A stretch of DNA of 64,000 nt, from the NCBI GenBank assembly GCA_973895155.1, contig OZ316893.1:15096645-15160644 (forward strand), in the 5' to 3' direction. Source of the stretch: Marsupella aquatica (lineage: Eukaryota > Plantae > Marchantiophyta). The first letter of the stretch is position 1; each line of letters starts with the position of its first letter. Below are positions 13,129-27,003 of the stretch, piece after piece. The translations under genes and the position numbers were made by a program. Below the pieces are notes generated by a model, which was given only the letters and a program-made list of their open reading frames with translations, was not told the origin of the DNA and made no database searches.

Positions 13129-16100
13129 ATGGCTGAAATCTTCTCTAGCTCTTACAGCGATGAGCTGGCGTGTGAAGCTGACAATCCACCTGCACTAGAG
13201 GTTCGTTGTCATTCAAAGCGGCCTGGTTCAATCTCTGTGCATTCAATTCGACGACATGATTTGCACTCTGAGATAAATACTACAGAGAGTCCGTGCTCAT
13301 CCTGAAAACGCCAACGATTTATGTTTTTGCAAATTGATTCGGTCGTATGGTCACCTGAAACGATCCGTCCACTCTATGGTTGTTGGAAGTCAGACTTGCC
13401 GATGATGTAACTGGCCCTTTATTTGACCTTCGTTTCAAATGTTCCTTCTCGTCTTGAAGTCAAGATCTCCGACCATGACTGTTGTCCGCAAGCCCCTGTC
13501 AGAGGCATCTACAGACTTGGCACATGTAGGCTAAAATAAGCTTGTTATGAAATCTGGTTTCTCCTCTGATATCGTGAATGTTATCTCATGATAGATTCTC
13601 ACCGTCTATCGCTGTCAAACTACGCTAGCTACCGTGGTTGTAACCTATGAACTTTAAGTCGTCTTGTGTCCTCAAAGTACTCCGCAGTTTTTGTTCCTGC
13701 GTTGCTAGCAACGTTGACCTTTAATACGCTTTGCAAAGGATCATCTGCATAGCCCGAATTCAACTACATTCTAAGGACTTGGGAATCATCATCAGCGTGC
13801 ATAGCCCGAATTTAATTACATTAATTCTAGGGACTTCGGAATCATCATCAGCGAGGAACTTTCAAAAGCCAATCTATCGAGATGTGGTTTTTGGTTTGAT
13901 CAGATTTAATCTGTGATTGCAGGTTTGTGCCAGGATTGAGGAGACAGCGAGATTTTTCCTTACAAGTCTGATGGCAAGCGAGCCTTCAATACCTTCCATG
14001 TTTTTGGTCTGTTATCTTCGACTATCTCTAAGGTCTATAGGGCGTTATAATATGCTTCCTGAACTGGCTTGCCTCGTCAAGTTGAAGTTCAGATCGTCTC
14101 ATCCCTCAAGGAAGATAAACAACATGCCAACGTTATTAACCTTATCGAATCCTTGCCGGTTAGATCTGTCGAAATGCGAAAAACACAATGCTTCGAGCTC
14201 GGGGAGGAAGCTTCAGCGAGAGCTCAAGCATCTTTTTATCTCATGGCACTTTCGAGCGAAGCTTTACCGGTGGTAAGGGATTAAAAGGTTTTCTACGAGG
14301 TATTACTATTTTCACTTGGCCCAAGTATTCAACAGACTTCAACATCACAAATTTCACAAATGTTCATTTTATAAAGATGAATTAATTGTATACACGATTT
14401 ACGCTCCCTTTGAGTAAGGAATGTATTTTAACAGCCATGACAGCAGTCAATGAAAATTTGATTAGTTGCAAACTTTCCATTCGAGTCCACGTACTGATGG
14501 TTGAAAATGTGCAGTGTGGAAGGTTTTAGAACTCTGCTACCAGCTGCTTGGGTTAGGGAAGAGGGCGACCCTACGAGAAATCTATTACATACTAGTGTCA
14601 GATACATTATGCTTGTTCCAGGTGCAAGACCAAGTAAATGCTGCAATTCAAGGCAGGTGGCTGGCATGGTCAAGTTGGAATGATGATCCCTGTTTATAAT
14701 ATCGATTCAGAACTCGTTCTTCTCCCTAGAACAATCTGTAGCGAGTTTTTGATAGACGAAGGTTGCTGAACAGCTGTGAAAATCTTGATTTGTGTATTAG
14801 ATGTTGTGGCCTTATTACATTGCAGCCGCCACAGTCTCGGTATAATTGCTTCAAGCAGGGGCGTCCTCGTGGGAAGGCTTCTGATTCAGGTCAAATACAA
14901 CCTTCCCTTGCCATATTTTCGTGTTCATGTTTTGGTCCGCCAGTGTAAGGAATTTGATGGAACTCATAATACTCATATCCAATACTAAATTAACTTTAGA
15001 GGCGGAGTACTAGATTCCGTGAAGGCGTTGTCACCTGTCGATGGCGATTTTTTGGGAACAGCTGTTGATTGCTGATATGTCGTCCGAGAATTATGAAGGT
15101 CGATGATAAGTCTTCATTTCTTGATTTCAGTAAATTTTCTTGCGCAAAAATCAAAAAGATGGTCATGGTATACGACACACTAAAGGTTATGAGTACGGTG
15201 AAATTTGAACGATTCCCACAAACAAATCTTGTCTATGCAGTTCTGGTCATAATTTGCGAAGTAAACATCCTTGCCTAAATGTATGTAATATAGGGATTTT
15301 TGTCTGAATGAATGGGGAAGCCTGCTCGGATTGTCTTCAGTACATATCAAGCTTCAATACACGCCAAGAGCTCCACATCTACTCCAGTCTTGACAACTGT
15401 TGGTTTGTTTCTTGCTGAAGGAGCCCGATGGTGAAGTTATCAATTGCTCGACACGTCGGTCAAATGCATGGGCCATAAGTGGAGACATAACCTACTTGGA
15501 GAAGCTCAAATACAAATCAGATGCACGCTATATCTTAGTGGTAGAGAAGGTACTACTCGCTCGTGACTCCTGCATTATTCTATTTTATTTTGTTGTGAAT
15601 TTGGATGTTCTTGTGAAAACTTTTTCCGAATTTATAAACTACCCACAATTCCATTTGTGTTGTACAAAGTGTCCCTGATTACTAGTATGTACAGGAGGCA
15701 ATTTTCCATCGACTAGCTGAAGATCGTTTCTTCATGAGGGTGCCTAGCATAATTATCACTGGAAAAGGCTACCCTGATTTGGCGACCAGGTACGTCCGCC
15801 CTTGCTAGTTTTTCTGTATAGTGATACATTTGTTGTCTGAAGGAGACTTCCAAAAGATAGTGTGAATACACATTTCTGATCGGTTTAACAATCTTAAGGT
15901 GGAGTTCTTTGTGCTTCTGGCTATTCCTGTCAGTGTCTACAACGTATGAACGGTCGTCGTGGTGTGCTGCAGAGTTATGCTTCACAGCTTACACGAGCAT
16001 TTCCCGGCGTTGCCCATCATGGCTCTAGTTGACTGGTAAGATAAATGATTGAACACTGTCCCTGTTTCTCTGATTCGTATCCATTTTGCGTAGTGAGAAG

Positions 16101-16760
16101 TGGAAGTTGGTCTTGTCAACAGCAACTCGAGCGAGACCCTAAAACCTTCTTTGCTCGTGTCAAGGAACCCAGCTGGTTTGGCAATTATTTGCACCTACAA
16201 ATTTGGCAGCATGACGATGGGCCTGGAAACCCCTCGCTATGGTAAGCTAACTGGACGATCCTGCACGCATGTATACGTGGATCCATTGGACCAACACTTA
16301 AATTTGGGCTGATGTACCGAGGAACGTGATTGCTGAAGAGCTCGAGTCGAGGTTTGCGGATTTCCCGAATTTCGTATTTAACTTGTCATGTAGTTTGTGA
16401 TGTCAAATGGCTTGGCCTTCGCTCTGAGGACATTCTGCTCATCCCTCCCGAAAGCCAGCTGGATCTCAAAGGGCGGGATAAAACAATCGCAAAGAGTCTT
16501 CTGGCATCCAAAATGTTGCAGGTAAAATATGCCACCAGCAGCCAAAGTAAATTTATTTAGACGAAAACTGCAAGTTGAATCACAGTACTAACTTTCAGGG
16601 AAGTCCTTTATGTGCACAGAATCATCCGAAGCACAGAGAGGAGGTAATTAAGATGCTCAATCGCGGGAAGCGAGTTGAAATCGAAGCACTCTATGCTCAC
16701 GGGTATGCTTTCTTGGGTAAAATTATTTCGCAGAAAATCGTTCAACACGATTACATATAA
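13129..16760 (+). CDS. SPO11-2: Meiotic double-strand-break transesterase SPO11-2 (TopoVI subunit A family), 11 exons, 383 aa
   Basis: Exons 13129-13200, 13923-14006, 14164-14299, 14515-14652, 14801-14889, 15421-15549, 15695-15789, 15973-16035, 16165-16241, 16394-16521 and 16620-16760 splice in frame. Motifs: REIYY (catalytic Tyr), [23 protein letters not shown] (typical of SPO11-2), KRVEIEAL. Confidence 0.95.
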
Positions 16761-19700
16761 CTGAGCAGGAAGCGTAATCCAAAGCCTAAACAGGAAGCCT
16801 CAGAACTCATTGCTGTCGTGGGGCTACTCCGAAGTCCTATTTGTGGGACCACATCTCTTTATTAAATGTGCAAACCACCTACAGTGGCCCTACACTTCCC
16901 CTACACAAGATGAGAAACGAAACTACCTCCATCACTGAATCTTTCCATTCTATTGGCTGGTTTAAGCCTCCAGTATCAGTTTGGCGATAAGAGGTACATT
17001 TGGAGTGCAAATTTGCTAGAAAGTACCGCCGAATTCATCTAATTCTGGCCTCATTGTGCGGTATTTATCGTCAACGTAATTTCCTCCGTCAGAGAACTCG
17101 AAACTGCCATGGTTTGTTGAGGACACTTGATGCATGCTCGAAAGTCACCATACATTATTGTAGAGCTTTCGCAAAGAGTCCTCTGGAGATCATCTCTCGA
17201 AGACTCTTTGCATAGGCAGGGTCAGCCAGGCTAGTACGAGAATTGCGGCACAAATTCATGAAGGTCAATTGCTCTCACCGCAACGTTTCTCAAGGAGACA
17301 GTGGTTTAGGACGTTGACCACGTCATTAGTCCCAGTCTCTTCTTTTCGGTCTGATATCCTGTTCAGGACGATCTCCATAGCGTCTTCGGATGATTCCCTC
17401 GCACCACTTAACATCATTCGATATTACTATGTAGTATGGTAAAGGATCTGAGCACGAATGTATCTTTTCCTTAAGGACGCGAGTTTCTCCCAACGTAGCA
17501 GATTGATCAAACGACGAACTCAAAACTAGTTTTGAGCTCTCTTCAATTTCGCACCTTTTGCTAAGCAACACAACAGTCCACGAGATGTTGACAGGATTAA
17601 TATATGCATAAAATTCTTAAAAGGATGCAAACGATAGAAAACTCATCAAGAACCCAAAGGAAGAAAGGAAAGAATTGAAAGAAACCAAACTGGCCCAAGA
17701 TCCAACGCCGCACGCTGCAAACGGAATGACAATCGCTCTGGGATCCTAAAAGCAGTCAGGTAAGACTGACGTTCTCTGTACAGTCCTCGGCGACCTGAAA
17801 CAAACAAAATGTGCCTTGTTCGCTGGTTGGCTGGCATCCAGGCACGGAAAGAATCTCTTTCAGTAAATCATACCTGTTAGGATCAAGTTAGTTATCGACA
17901 GCAATGTGACATGCATTGTTAGTTTGGATATTCATTTCCTGAAACCTACTAGTACAATGCATAACAACCAGTGCGCCATCGATAAAATTAACGTCCAATC
18001 GAACCTAGAACCAATGGCTCTTCTTGAGCTACGCTAGAAGAGAAGGTTCCGTGACCCGGTCATCTTCGCTGGGCTCCTTTTCCATTAGTGCCCTTCGAAC
18101 TTCAACTAAAGTCAAAGACCACCGCGTGCAGTTCAAATAACACGCCCAAACGGGACTGGTAGGTTGAGGGATCTCAAACACGAGAGACCTTCGCGAAACA
18201 TCAAAAGTTTGTTTGGAAGGTACGTCGACATCTTGACCCATTCACCCTGATCAGATTCTTGTGACATGTATGCTGTTCTTATCTCGAGGTGGTAGGGGAG
18301 GGGTCACTGGACAACTGCCTCGCTTCTCTAAAGGAAATACTGTAAATTTGTGGGTCCAGGCGAAAGACAGTCGTTGTTGTCCTCAAAAGGAAAAATTGCT
18401 TAGGTATTAAACTATCTTATACTATGGCCGCTCTGGTCCAGTCCCCTGCTTTTGAAACAGATAGCCAACGAAATCCATCTCACTCGCCCATCTTAGTACA
18501 CTGATGACCAGTTCTGCTCCACGGGTACTAGCTTGTCCTTTGTACCTCTCTTGTGCCAGCCTGTGATGCGTTGTTTGAACGTCAAGAAGTCTCCAGCTGT
18601 GAAATGCCTAAGCACTGCAAGGTGAAAGAAAACAATCTAGTCAGTCTGTTATTGTTCTCTAATCTTGGATCCTGCTCAAACCCTAAACCCTGTTCCACAA
18701 TCTTGGATCAAAGGATGGTCATCTACTCATTTCCGTGTCATGTGTGCTCTTTTGGCATCTGTCGAGAAAACACTTAAACCACTGTACAGTACCACAACTC
18801 TACGAGACTCACGAGAAACAAGTTTGATGCAGCTGTGAATGAAAGGGATGAGTCCGGTACCTTTGACCTCTTGGCTGCTGTCAGTCCAGAATTATTAAAT
18901 CAAAGAGGAAACTCCGTGTATATTCTTTGGTGGGCGGCCACACCACATCACATGCACGTACTAGCATGTCCCAGGCTGGGAGAGATTTCAACCTGGGACC
19001 GAGTACTTACTTGGCCGCGTACTTCACACCAATGCCAGTCGTGGGCCAGTCGTGGGACTAAAATGATATTAAACGGGAGACCATGATTTGGTATTTAGAT
19101 TGAGAAGGCAATTATGTGTTCATGGTTGGCCGTGCAGGGTTACGTTTTCCTTGAAGTACATCGTCCTTATCTCTCCGTTGCCTACTTGCGCGACATAGTC
19201 ATACCCCTTAGAGCTGCCGAGCCCTCAAATCTGTGTCCCGGGATGGTACTAAAATCCATCTTCAGGCGCAATTGAACGAATCATATTCTAGGATGAGGAA
19301 TTGAGGAGTAAGGAGGGATTGAGTTCAGGAGAAATCTAAATTTTCGTAACGAAAAATAATGAGAATATTTGTGTACTTCACAGAGTATTTCCACGTACCT
19401 CATATTGTCCTTTTATTTTTATTTAAGCATTGGGCCCGGTGACACGAAACTAAGTTGACCTTGTGTTGTCGTTACCATTAAGAACATCATCTTTTCGAGA
19501 ACTTTATTGCTTTTCGCAATGCAAAATGTTAGGTCATTCTTCACTTTTTGTTGTCGAACTTGGGCCCACATGGCTGTAGTCCTAAACCTTCAAAGATTCG
19601 CTTTGTATATATAGTAAGTCCTTGTTTCTAGGACATTGTGAGCAAAAATGCCCCAAATTTAGGGAAGTTTTGAGGGACTATTATTACCCATAATGCCCTC

Positions 19701-20169
19701 CTAACAAGGTGTTAGTAAACTTCAATCTCTGAAAGATTTTTCACTACTATTTTTGGTTATTTTTCAGAACCTTTCTTCAAACTTGGACAGCACTGCAAAT
19801 TGAGAATTTTACTGTTATCCTCAACATACTAGTAAGGACAAATCTCGCAATGCCCCCTTAAGAGACTTTGATGGACACCCTCTTCCATAAAGTACAGAAA
19901 ATTACAAAGAGAAAAAGATTTTACGTTGCCAAGTTTTTAGTATTGTGTGTATGTTTTTCATTCCTATTCCAGGCTTTGAGTTTTTGTCACTGGGTCGTTA
20001 CTTGTGAGTAAAGCATGCATATACTATTGTAAACATAAACAATCAACAACCATGCAACATTTTAACTGCCTTGTGGTTTGCAAAGTACCTGAAAATGTTT
20101 GTTTCAAAACAGGTGGCAGGTGAATTTTTTAATTCATCAACCGTCATTACTTATAAACAGATTATTATA

Positions 20170-20480
20170 AGGAGCACTTAGGGTCATAGTTGAAACAAGG
20201 GACACAGCTCTTTTAAAAAATAAAAATGGGACACCATTCTTAGCAAATACACAAGTAAATACTACTTGTTGAGACAATACTGGACAGCATAATGTCATAT
20301 GGAACCAATGTGTAATTTGCAATTAACATAGAGACACAGGTCTTTTAAAAAATAAAAATGGGACACAGTTCTTAGCAAATACTCAAAGCCACAAGCATAT
20401 ACTAATTGTTGAGACAATCCTGGACACCATAAAGTCACATGGAAACCAATGTATAATTTGCAATTATCATAGACACATAC
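20170..20480. repeat. Imperfect tandem duplication, about 135-140 bp
   Basis: ttttaaaaaataaaaatgggacac...cttagcaaatac...ttgttgagacaat.ctggaca occurs twice. Confidence 0.75.
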
Positions 20481-20663
20481 ATTCAGACATTCCCTTTGGA
20501 CTAGGTCCACCTCTGCGAGAACAAATCAATATGCAGTCACACCACACATCCGCCATAACCTAACAAGCTACCAAGCTGCTCTATGAGAATTCCACTCTCC
20601 CTCTATTGAACACTGATATCTAATATGAGCACAATAAGTGCTCCTCCAAGTATAGGCCCTTTA

Positions 20664-20914
20664 TGTTACTAGGCATTTTACTCTCAGGTCTAGGGTTACG
20701 ACTCATTGCTAAGGATCTAGCCAGTTGAGAGATAGAAGGAGAATTTTTATTGCAAAGACTCGGTATGATTGATGGGCCCAGAGTGCAATAAAGCTCGTAT
20801 GTGTTCCTATGGACAAAGCCTCAGCTGAGATGAACCATGTATCTCTTTGTGTCAATTACTTGTCCATTGGATGATATGGGCTTGTCGTTGTGAATGTTGT
20901 CTTTTTGCTCAATA
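20664..20914 (+). mobile_element. Old degraded LTR related to the Copia LTR family
   Basis: Resembles 32566-32950 (ttactct..gtctagg, taaagctc, gtgttcc, tgaacca.gtatctct, atgggcttg.cgttg). No clear TSD. Confidence 0.6.
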
Positions 20915-23900
20915 CTCTCCAGTAGTCTAGCCTCAACCTTAACCTTGACTAACTTGTGCTCCAGTTAACCTAACCAGGTGCTAGAGTTAAGTACCAATAC
21001 TTATGTCCTAATTATAGTGTGCGATATAATGTCCCCAAAGGCGAGAGCTTTAGCTTGAGTTTTGAGAGGCTAATATTGTCCATAACGTTCTGGAACTAGA
21101 CCTTAGTACCCTCAAAAGGCCTAAGAGATTTTTAGTTTTACTAATTTGAGTAAAAGTAGAGGAGAATCTTCCCAAGAGGTGATCCAAATCTTGACCTGCA
21201 TTCTTCCCCAAGAAAGAACTGAAAAATACAAAAGGAAAAAGTACAGAGCGCATTAAGTGTTCCATATTCCTACTATAGCTAATGAGTTGTGGTTGGAATC
21301 ATTCTGTAAGGGGGTGTTGCATTGTACACTTACCCAGCAACAAACACAGGAAAGTGTGTCATATTGCCTCCCAAATCCAGTTCCCCTGGAAAATACCCTA
21401 TGCCCTGAAAATTCTATCAGCTGGGACATAAAAGGCAGTCCAAATAGATCCTGTCATGACAAAAAAATTACCTCGCCAGTCAAGTGACTTAGCTTCCAAA
21501 AGGTTTGCAAACAAAATCAAATAGCAACCAATACATAACTCATCGTAGAAACAGAGTAAATGGACCCTGCTAATGTTAGTAGCAGAGGCAAGCTTGCTGA
21601 GCCTCGCTTGGCTAATTTTAGGAGAGTACCAAATGATGTCCGGCTAAATCTGGCAGTGAACAAGTTTGGGGGACACTGTTCCAAAAATTAGTTGCGCAAG
21701 GATTCAGTTAGTGCTTAGTTTGGGGGACAGGAAAATAAGAACGATTTACAAAGTTGAAAAAGAAAGTAATATACTCCACTTGAAATGCTCACCTTGTAGT
21801 ATACTATTGTTTGCATGGACCCACACTGCTGTTCATCAACACAGAGTTCATGACTACTTCTTTTGGGAGATATCGTCAAAGTCCTCACCTGCTAGATGCA
21901 AGTTATGTGAGATCCTTCATTAGGGCACATGAACCTTGATTGACTCTCATCCAGAATATCAAGGGCCATGTTGAGATAGCCCAAATAATGCAGATTGACT
22001 GCAGAATGCAGGCCGCAGTTTGGAAATGGCTAGAGGGAGGTCTAGATTCATTTTCTTCCATTCCTCTTAGAGCATTTACCAGTATGGAAATGGCATTTAC
22101 CACCCAAAAGGGAACTCTAGAGTGCCCCACAATCACCAAAGCTGGTTCCTGGCCCCAGCAAAATTTCTACCTGGGCCTGCAATCATGGGCTCCTGAAGCT
22201 GGAAATTGAGGCCTGAAATTGGGTCTAAATATTGGACTCTCTATGGTCTCTCACAGCCACAAGTCAATATGTTTCCAGACACGTACAAAATGAAGCAATT
22301 CCTAGCATGGTTGGTGGGTGTGGGTTAAAATCCCATCCGACTAAACCCTTTCCCTGCCCGCCTGGCATTTTAAAGGTCCCGGTAATCTGCCTGATGCCAG
22401 CCGTGGATAGCAGGCATGCAGGGGACTGCTCTTACTATGCCGGTGCAGTGGTGTGAGTTTGTGTAACTTGAGTAGCAAGGGATTGTTGGTTACCTCTCTA
22501 CTGATGGTAACATGACCGTGTAGCTTAGCCCATGAGTGTTTGTCCCCTGCGTGAAATATGCTGTTTCTCCCGTTGCATTTTACTGTTTAGTAAACCAAGG
22601 TTTCAACATATACATAAGAAATCAGAGAGTAGTTTCCTTCTCTTATACAAGTTGCCTTATAAACTATTCTGTGTAACCTCTACTATTGCCATGTGGTTGC
22701 TCATTTCAAATAGTGTATGAAAGAGTTTTCTAGTATCGATGTCATCTCATAGGTCACCATAGGGAAAAACAACATCTTAAGATAGTTCATACTTTTTAAG
22801 AAATCACCAAAAAATGCTTTTAGACTATGAGGGTCATGTGATTGGAAGTGAGTGGGCAAGCCTACAGGGTAGCTCCACTGTTCACCTTGGCAAATGAGGG
22901 TGGCCGGTTTGCGTTTCTGTCTTGAACTACTGTTCATCTTGGCAAATGAAGGTGACTGGTTTGTGAATGGAAGTGAGGAAGAACACTTAGTAGACTCTCT
23001 CCAGCCGAATAGTGACATACATTTGTTGTATGAAACCCATTTCAGGGTGCCCACAATTCGGACAGGGACCCACACCAGGTGGGAGAAAGGATTATAGCAG
23101 GGCCACAAAGTGAACAACTAGTGACCAAGAAGATAATCAGAACTCCTTCCACTACCCACAACACCCATCCCACCCACGAATATATATCTTCCATATCCCT
23201 GTGTTGAGGGAGGATTGAACCTGGGACTTCTTAGTTCCAAGCTAGTCCCCTAACCAACTTACCTAAGCCATTTGATTAAGGAGGCAGGTTTGCAGTGACA
23301 AACTTTTACAACTTATTTGCTTGAAGAGACCATTGCAAAAGAATATTTTAAATTTTGATCATAAGAACTCCAAATATTCCCTAAATCAGGAGGCTACTCG
23401 CCAAATCTACGAGTTCAGTTTAAATTCGAAGACAATCAAATGATAACTAATACATGTGCCGAATTACCTGCTTCCAAACCTCACACGGAGTAAGAAATCC
23501 GCTGTGACCCGGTGAGAGACGTCCACTTGCCGGTTGTCCATCGGATCCAGTACGCTATATGGAACTGTATAATAATATTTCATACTCTTGTTACACGTAG
23601 ACAGATTACAGTACTGTAGTTAGTGCGGAAAGCCTGTGTTCTGCCGAATTTCCCCGTGCAAACAAAGAACAGGGGAGGATGCTCTGGACGCCAGGAAGAT
23701 TCTCTGGGCGACTGCATCATGCCATCGTGTAACCCCCCGCCCCATATGTATGCATGTTGGGTGGGTGGGGGCACCCTTTCCGATCATCCATCCATCCATC
23801 CATCGACATGAGTCATCATGTCGGCGCACCCATGACAAGACTGATGTAGTGATGTCGATGCAGGGCCCACACCAATGTGTGTAATGCCCGATTAGAGGTG

Positions 23901-24777
23901 ATGACTTTGTGCTCTCCTTTGGAAACCGTTGGGTAACCAATTGACTACTGAAAGTATAATATTAAAAAAGTAGCAAAATCGAACTATCTAACTACTGTAT
24001 ATAATAACAGGCCCGTGACCAAAGGGGATTTGGGCACATTAGTCCGAACAAAGTGAAAAATGAATAAAACCAAACAAAAACATAAATCATCAAATGTTTC
24101 CTTCTGCCTAAGTAAGCCATCATGATCTTGTCTAAATATAAATATTATATAAAATATATTGTATTTTTTTTTTGGTTTTTTGAGAACAAAGTAAATTATA
24201 TAGAAATCTAGTATTGCAGTCTAATATTTTAATCCAGGATTGGAGTCCCAATGTATTATTGACAAAAGTATCTTGGGGGCTAGTTTTGGGACCCCATCAC
24301 AAGCTGAACATAGTTCAGCCAATTATCAAAAGTATTTTGGAGGGCTCATAGTCTACCATGAAGCACAAAGACACTTGTGAAGCACACTTGTGAAGCAAGA
24401 ATGTGGTTCAAATATATAACACAATGCCAAAGGGCAAGAAAATACAGAACCGGGAGACATGACCCCAATGGCAAAGCAGCCAAATGAAGAGGGGAAAGGA
24501 GGGGAAAGGGCCACAAGCAGACCAAAGGGTCCAGCAACCCAAGGGGTCCCCAACTAAAATCCACTAAGGTACAAAGACACAAAAAGAGGTAACCTACACC
24601 GAAGCCATGAAGTCTAACACCCTACTGACCGGAAAACTAAAATGTCTTGTAGAGTTCCGGAGTAAATCGCATAGGGAGGTCACAAAGTGAAACCTACAGA
24701 GAGGCCCTAAAACCAAATGCCTTGGGACAAGGGAGGGTGAAAGCCTGGGCCCGTTGCAGAGCTACATACACCCACTG

Positions 24778-25260
24778 TCAAAAAAATGCAATGAGGACAG
24801 ATACAAGGGGGAAAGACCTCCTCTCAATACAAAAAATTGCATAGGCCCAAACGAACTGGTAAAAGGTAGGGTGGAGAGCACCAAAAATCTCTAGAACAAA
24901 AGGGTAGGAAAAATCCCCTGGGGAGCAAACTGCATAGGCCTCCTCCTTGAGTTGGGCCACCTTGGATGCAGCATGGCCAGGCGCATGGACTGCAATTGCA
25001 GCATGATTCCCTCCTTTAGGATCAGCAACAATCACATCCCCAAGAGAACAAACCTAGCCCTAGAAAAAACCAGATCAACCCACCGCCAGTCAGGAAGACC
25101 ATCCCAAGGGGGAAACACATGTCATTATTCCATAGCGACATGGTAACCAAAGTCTCTCACAATGTCAGCCACCACGTCACGAATGTCATCATGGGTGGCA
25201 GTCCTCTCGCTCCCATGTGAACTCCTAGTGAATCCAACGACGCCCCACAAACAGGTGGTT
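24778..25260 (-). mobile_element. Remnant of a non-LTR retrotransposon restriction-like endonuclease domain (CRE/R2-type)
   Basis: THDDIRDVVADIVRDFGYHV...VIVADP...AASKVAQLKEEAY...SYPFVLEIFGAL resembles the RHD...D.TV..P...K...Y..F.P..E..G pattern of RLE domains. Interrupted by stops and frameshifts. Confidence 0.6.
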
Positions 25261-26645
25261 GGGGATGCAAGGTGAGTCTCTGAAAATGCTGTAGTGGACT
25301 TGAATGTCCTCACCTTTGTTGTAATAGTATGTTCAAAAAGTGGGACCAAGCTAGTGATAAGAGAATGGAAAAGCTACGCCAAAAATTGATTGATGGGCAA
25401 CCACTGGGCATCACATGTGAGAAGCCTAACCTGAACATACCACCAGCGGGTCACTTTGACCCTTGGTCAGAATTTTCTAAGCACTTTAAGCAGTTTGGTC
25501 CGAATTCAAATTGTTCCACTATGGCTAATGGAAGTGCATCCAAGATACTCAAATGCTGTTAGAATCAAGCTCAAGGTTCATTCCTTGTTAATGGATGCTA
25601 CAGTGTTTTGTCAGATTGAGCATTAACTACCTGTAAACGCTCCTGCTTTGTATAAAAGATAGTACTGGACCAGAATCTTTTCTGAAAAATAAAAGGCAGC
25701 CAATCCTTCTTGTATTGGTTAAAAATCATGTGAGCAACATTGAGCATAGCTATTGGCCTTTAGATAGCTGGGCCACCTTCTTTGTAGAGCAGGACAATGA
25801 TCCCATTTTGTCAAGTCAAATGGCATACGACTTCCCACATTCCTGGTCAAAAAGGCTTTGTGCAACATAGGGCCCGCTATGTCCCAATTATTGACAAATC
25901 ATTCTCGTGGGACCATGTCTTAGCCTTGTACGCCCCTGGTAATCACACATCAAAATGTGGTTGCATTCATTGATTAAAAAAATAATAATAATATTATCAC
26001 TGTATGTATGCAGGGTGTCGTACATAATATTTGTCATATTTTGATGTACAGTTACCTAGACCCCTTGTACTCTACCTCAATGTAATAGCATTAATATTGT
26101 CTACCCTACCCTACCTCTATTTATTATTATTACACAAATGTCAAAACGCCACTTAATGAAGAACACTACGAGCATTTTAAAATTTCAACCAGACGAGCAT
26201 TAAAATTTCTTAGGAACAGAGAGGTCACAGTATAATTCAAGTTTTAGTAAAATTAAGGGCGTAGGCCTGAAACTTTACTCCATGAGATCAAGGTAAACTA
26301 GAAACCATCACCACACCAGGTCAGAACGACAGTACACGGAGGTAGGATATTAGGACTGAACATAATGTAGTGCTCATGTGACTAATAATTTGATATGAAA
26401 GTTACACTCTGGAGCCTATTGTCGATAGTGAAGCCTGGACAATGTGACTCTTGGGTGCTAGCAACTTTAGGGGTTCAGCAACAAGTGATGAGCCTGAGCA
26501 AAGCTTCGATGGTCAGGCTAGTAATCAGTGTAGTGGCATAAGTTGAATTCAGCATTGCTTGACAAACCAGAGGTCACCATATTATTAGGGTGTTCAACCC
26601 AGTTGTTTCAGTGGAGGTTTTATGAGACCAGAATGCTGCAAGCTG

Positions 26646-27003
26646 TGTCATGCCAAGGGACAGTGCCTCTTATGCACATCGGCATGTCCCTCGCCTGCCC
26701 GCTAGGTATGTAGTTAGGGTTAGTGTACTACCTGAGTTAGCGACATGTTCTTGTAGCAAGTCTGGGCCGTTCTTGAAGCAAATGTGCTTGTTAGTGTGAC
26801 GCCAGGACTTTGCTTGCTTAGGGCATGTCTTTCTTTGTGGGTTTTCAGTTCTTCTTGAATCGCTGTCGACAGAGCTCAAACAGTGCTCGTCGGTTCCGTA
26901 CACGGGATTCACACAGTGATTCGTTAGATGCTCCCGGCCGATCTTGGCATCCCGCCGGTTTTTGATTCGATTTCAGTACACTTGTTTCTATCATGCCTTT
27001 TAT
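26646..27003 (+). repeat. Split direct repeat A1 (358 bp)
   Basis: Matches 42494-42851 with 8 substitutions and no indels by manual comparison. Confidence 0.95.

Noticed and set aside
21050-22210. Possible decayed LINE RT on the minus strand
   Set aside because: Only vague resemblance and no diagnostic motif recovered.
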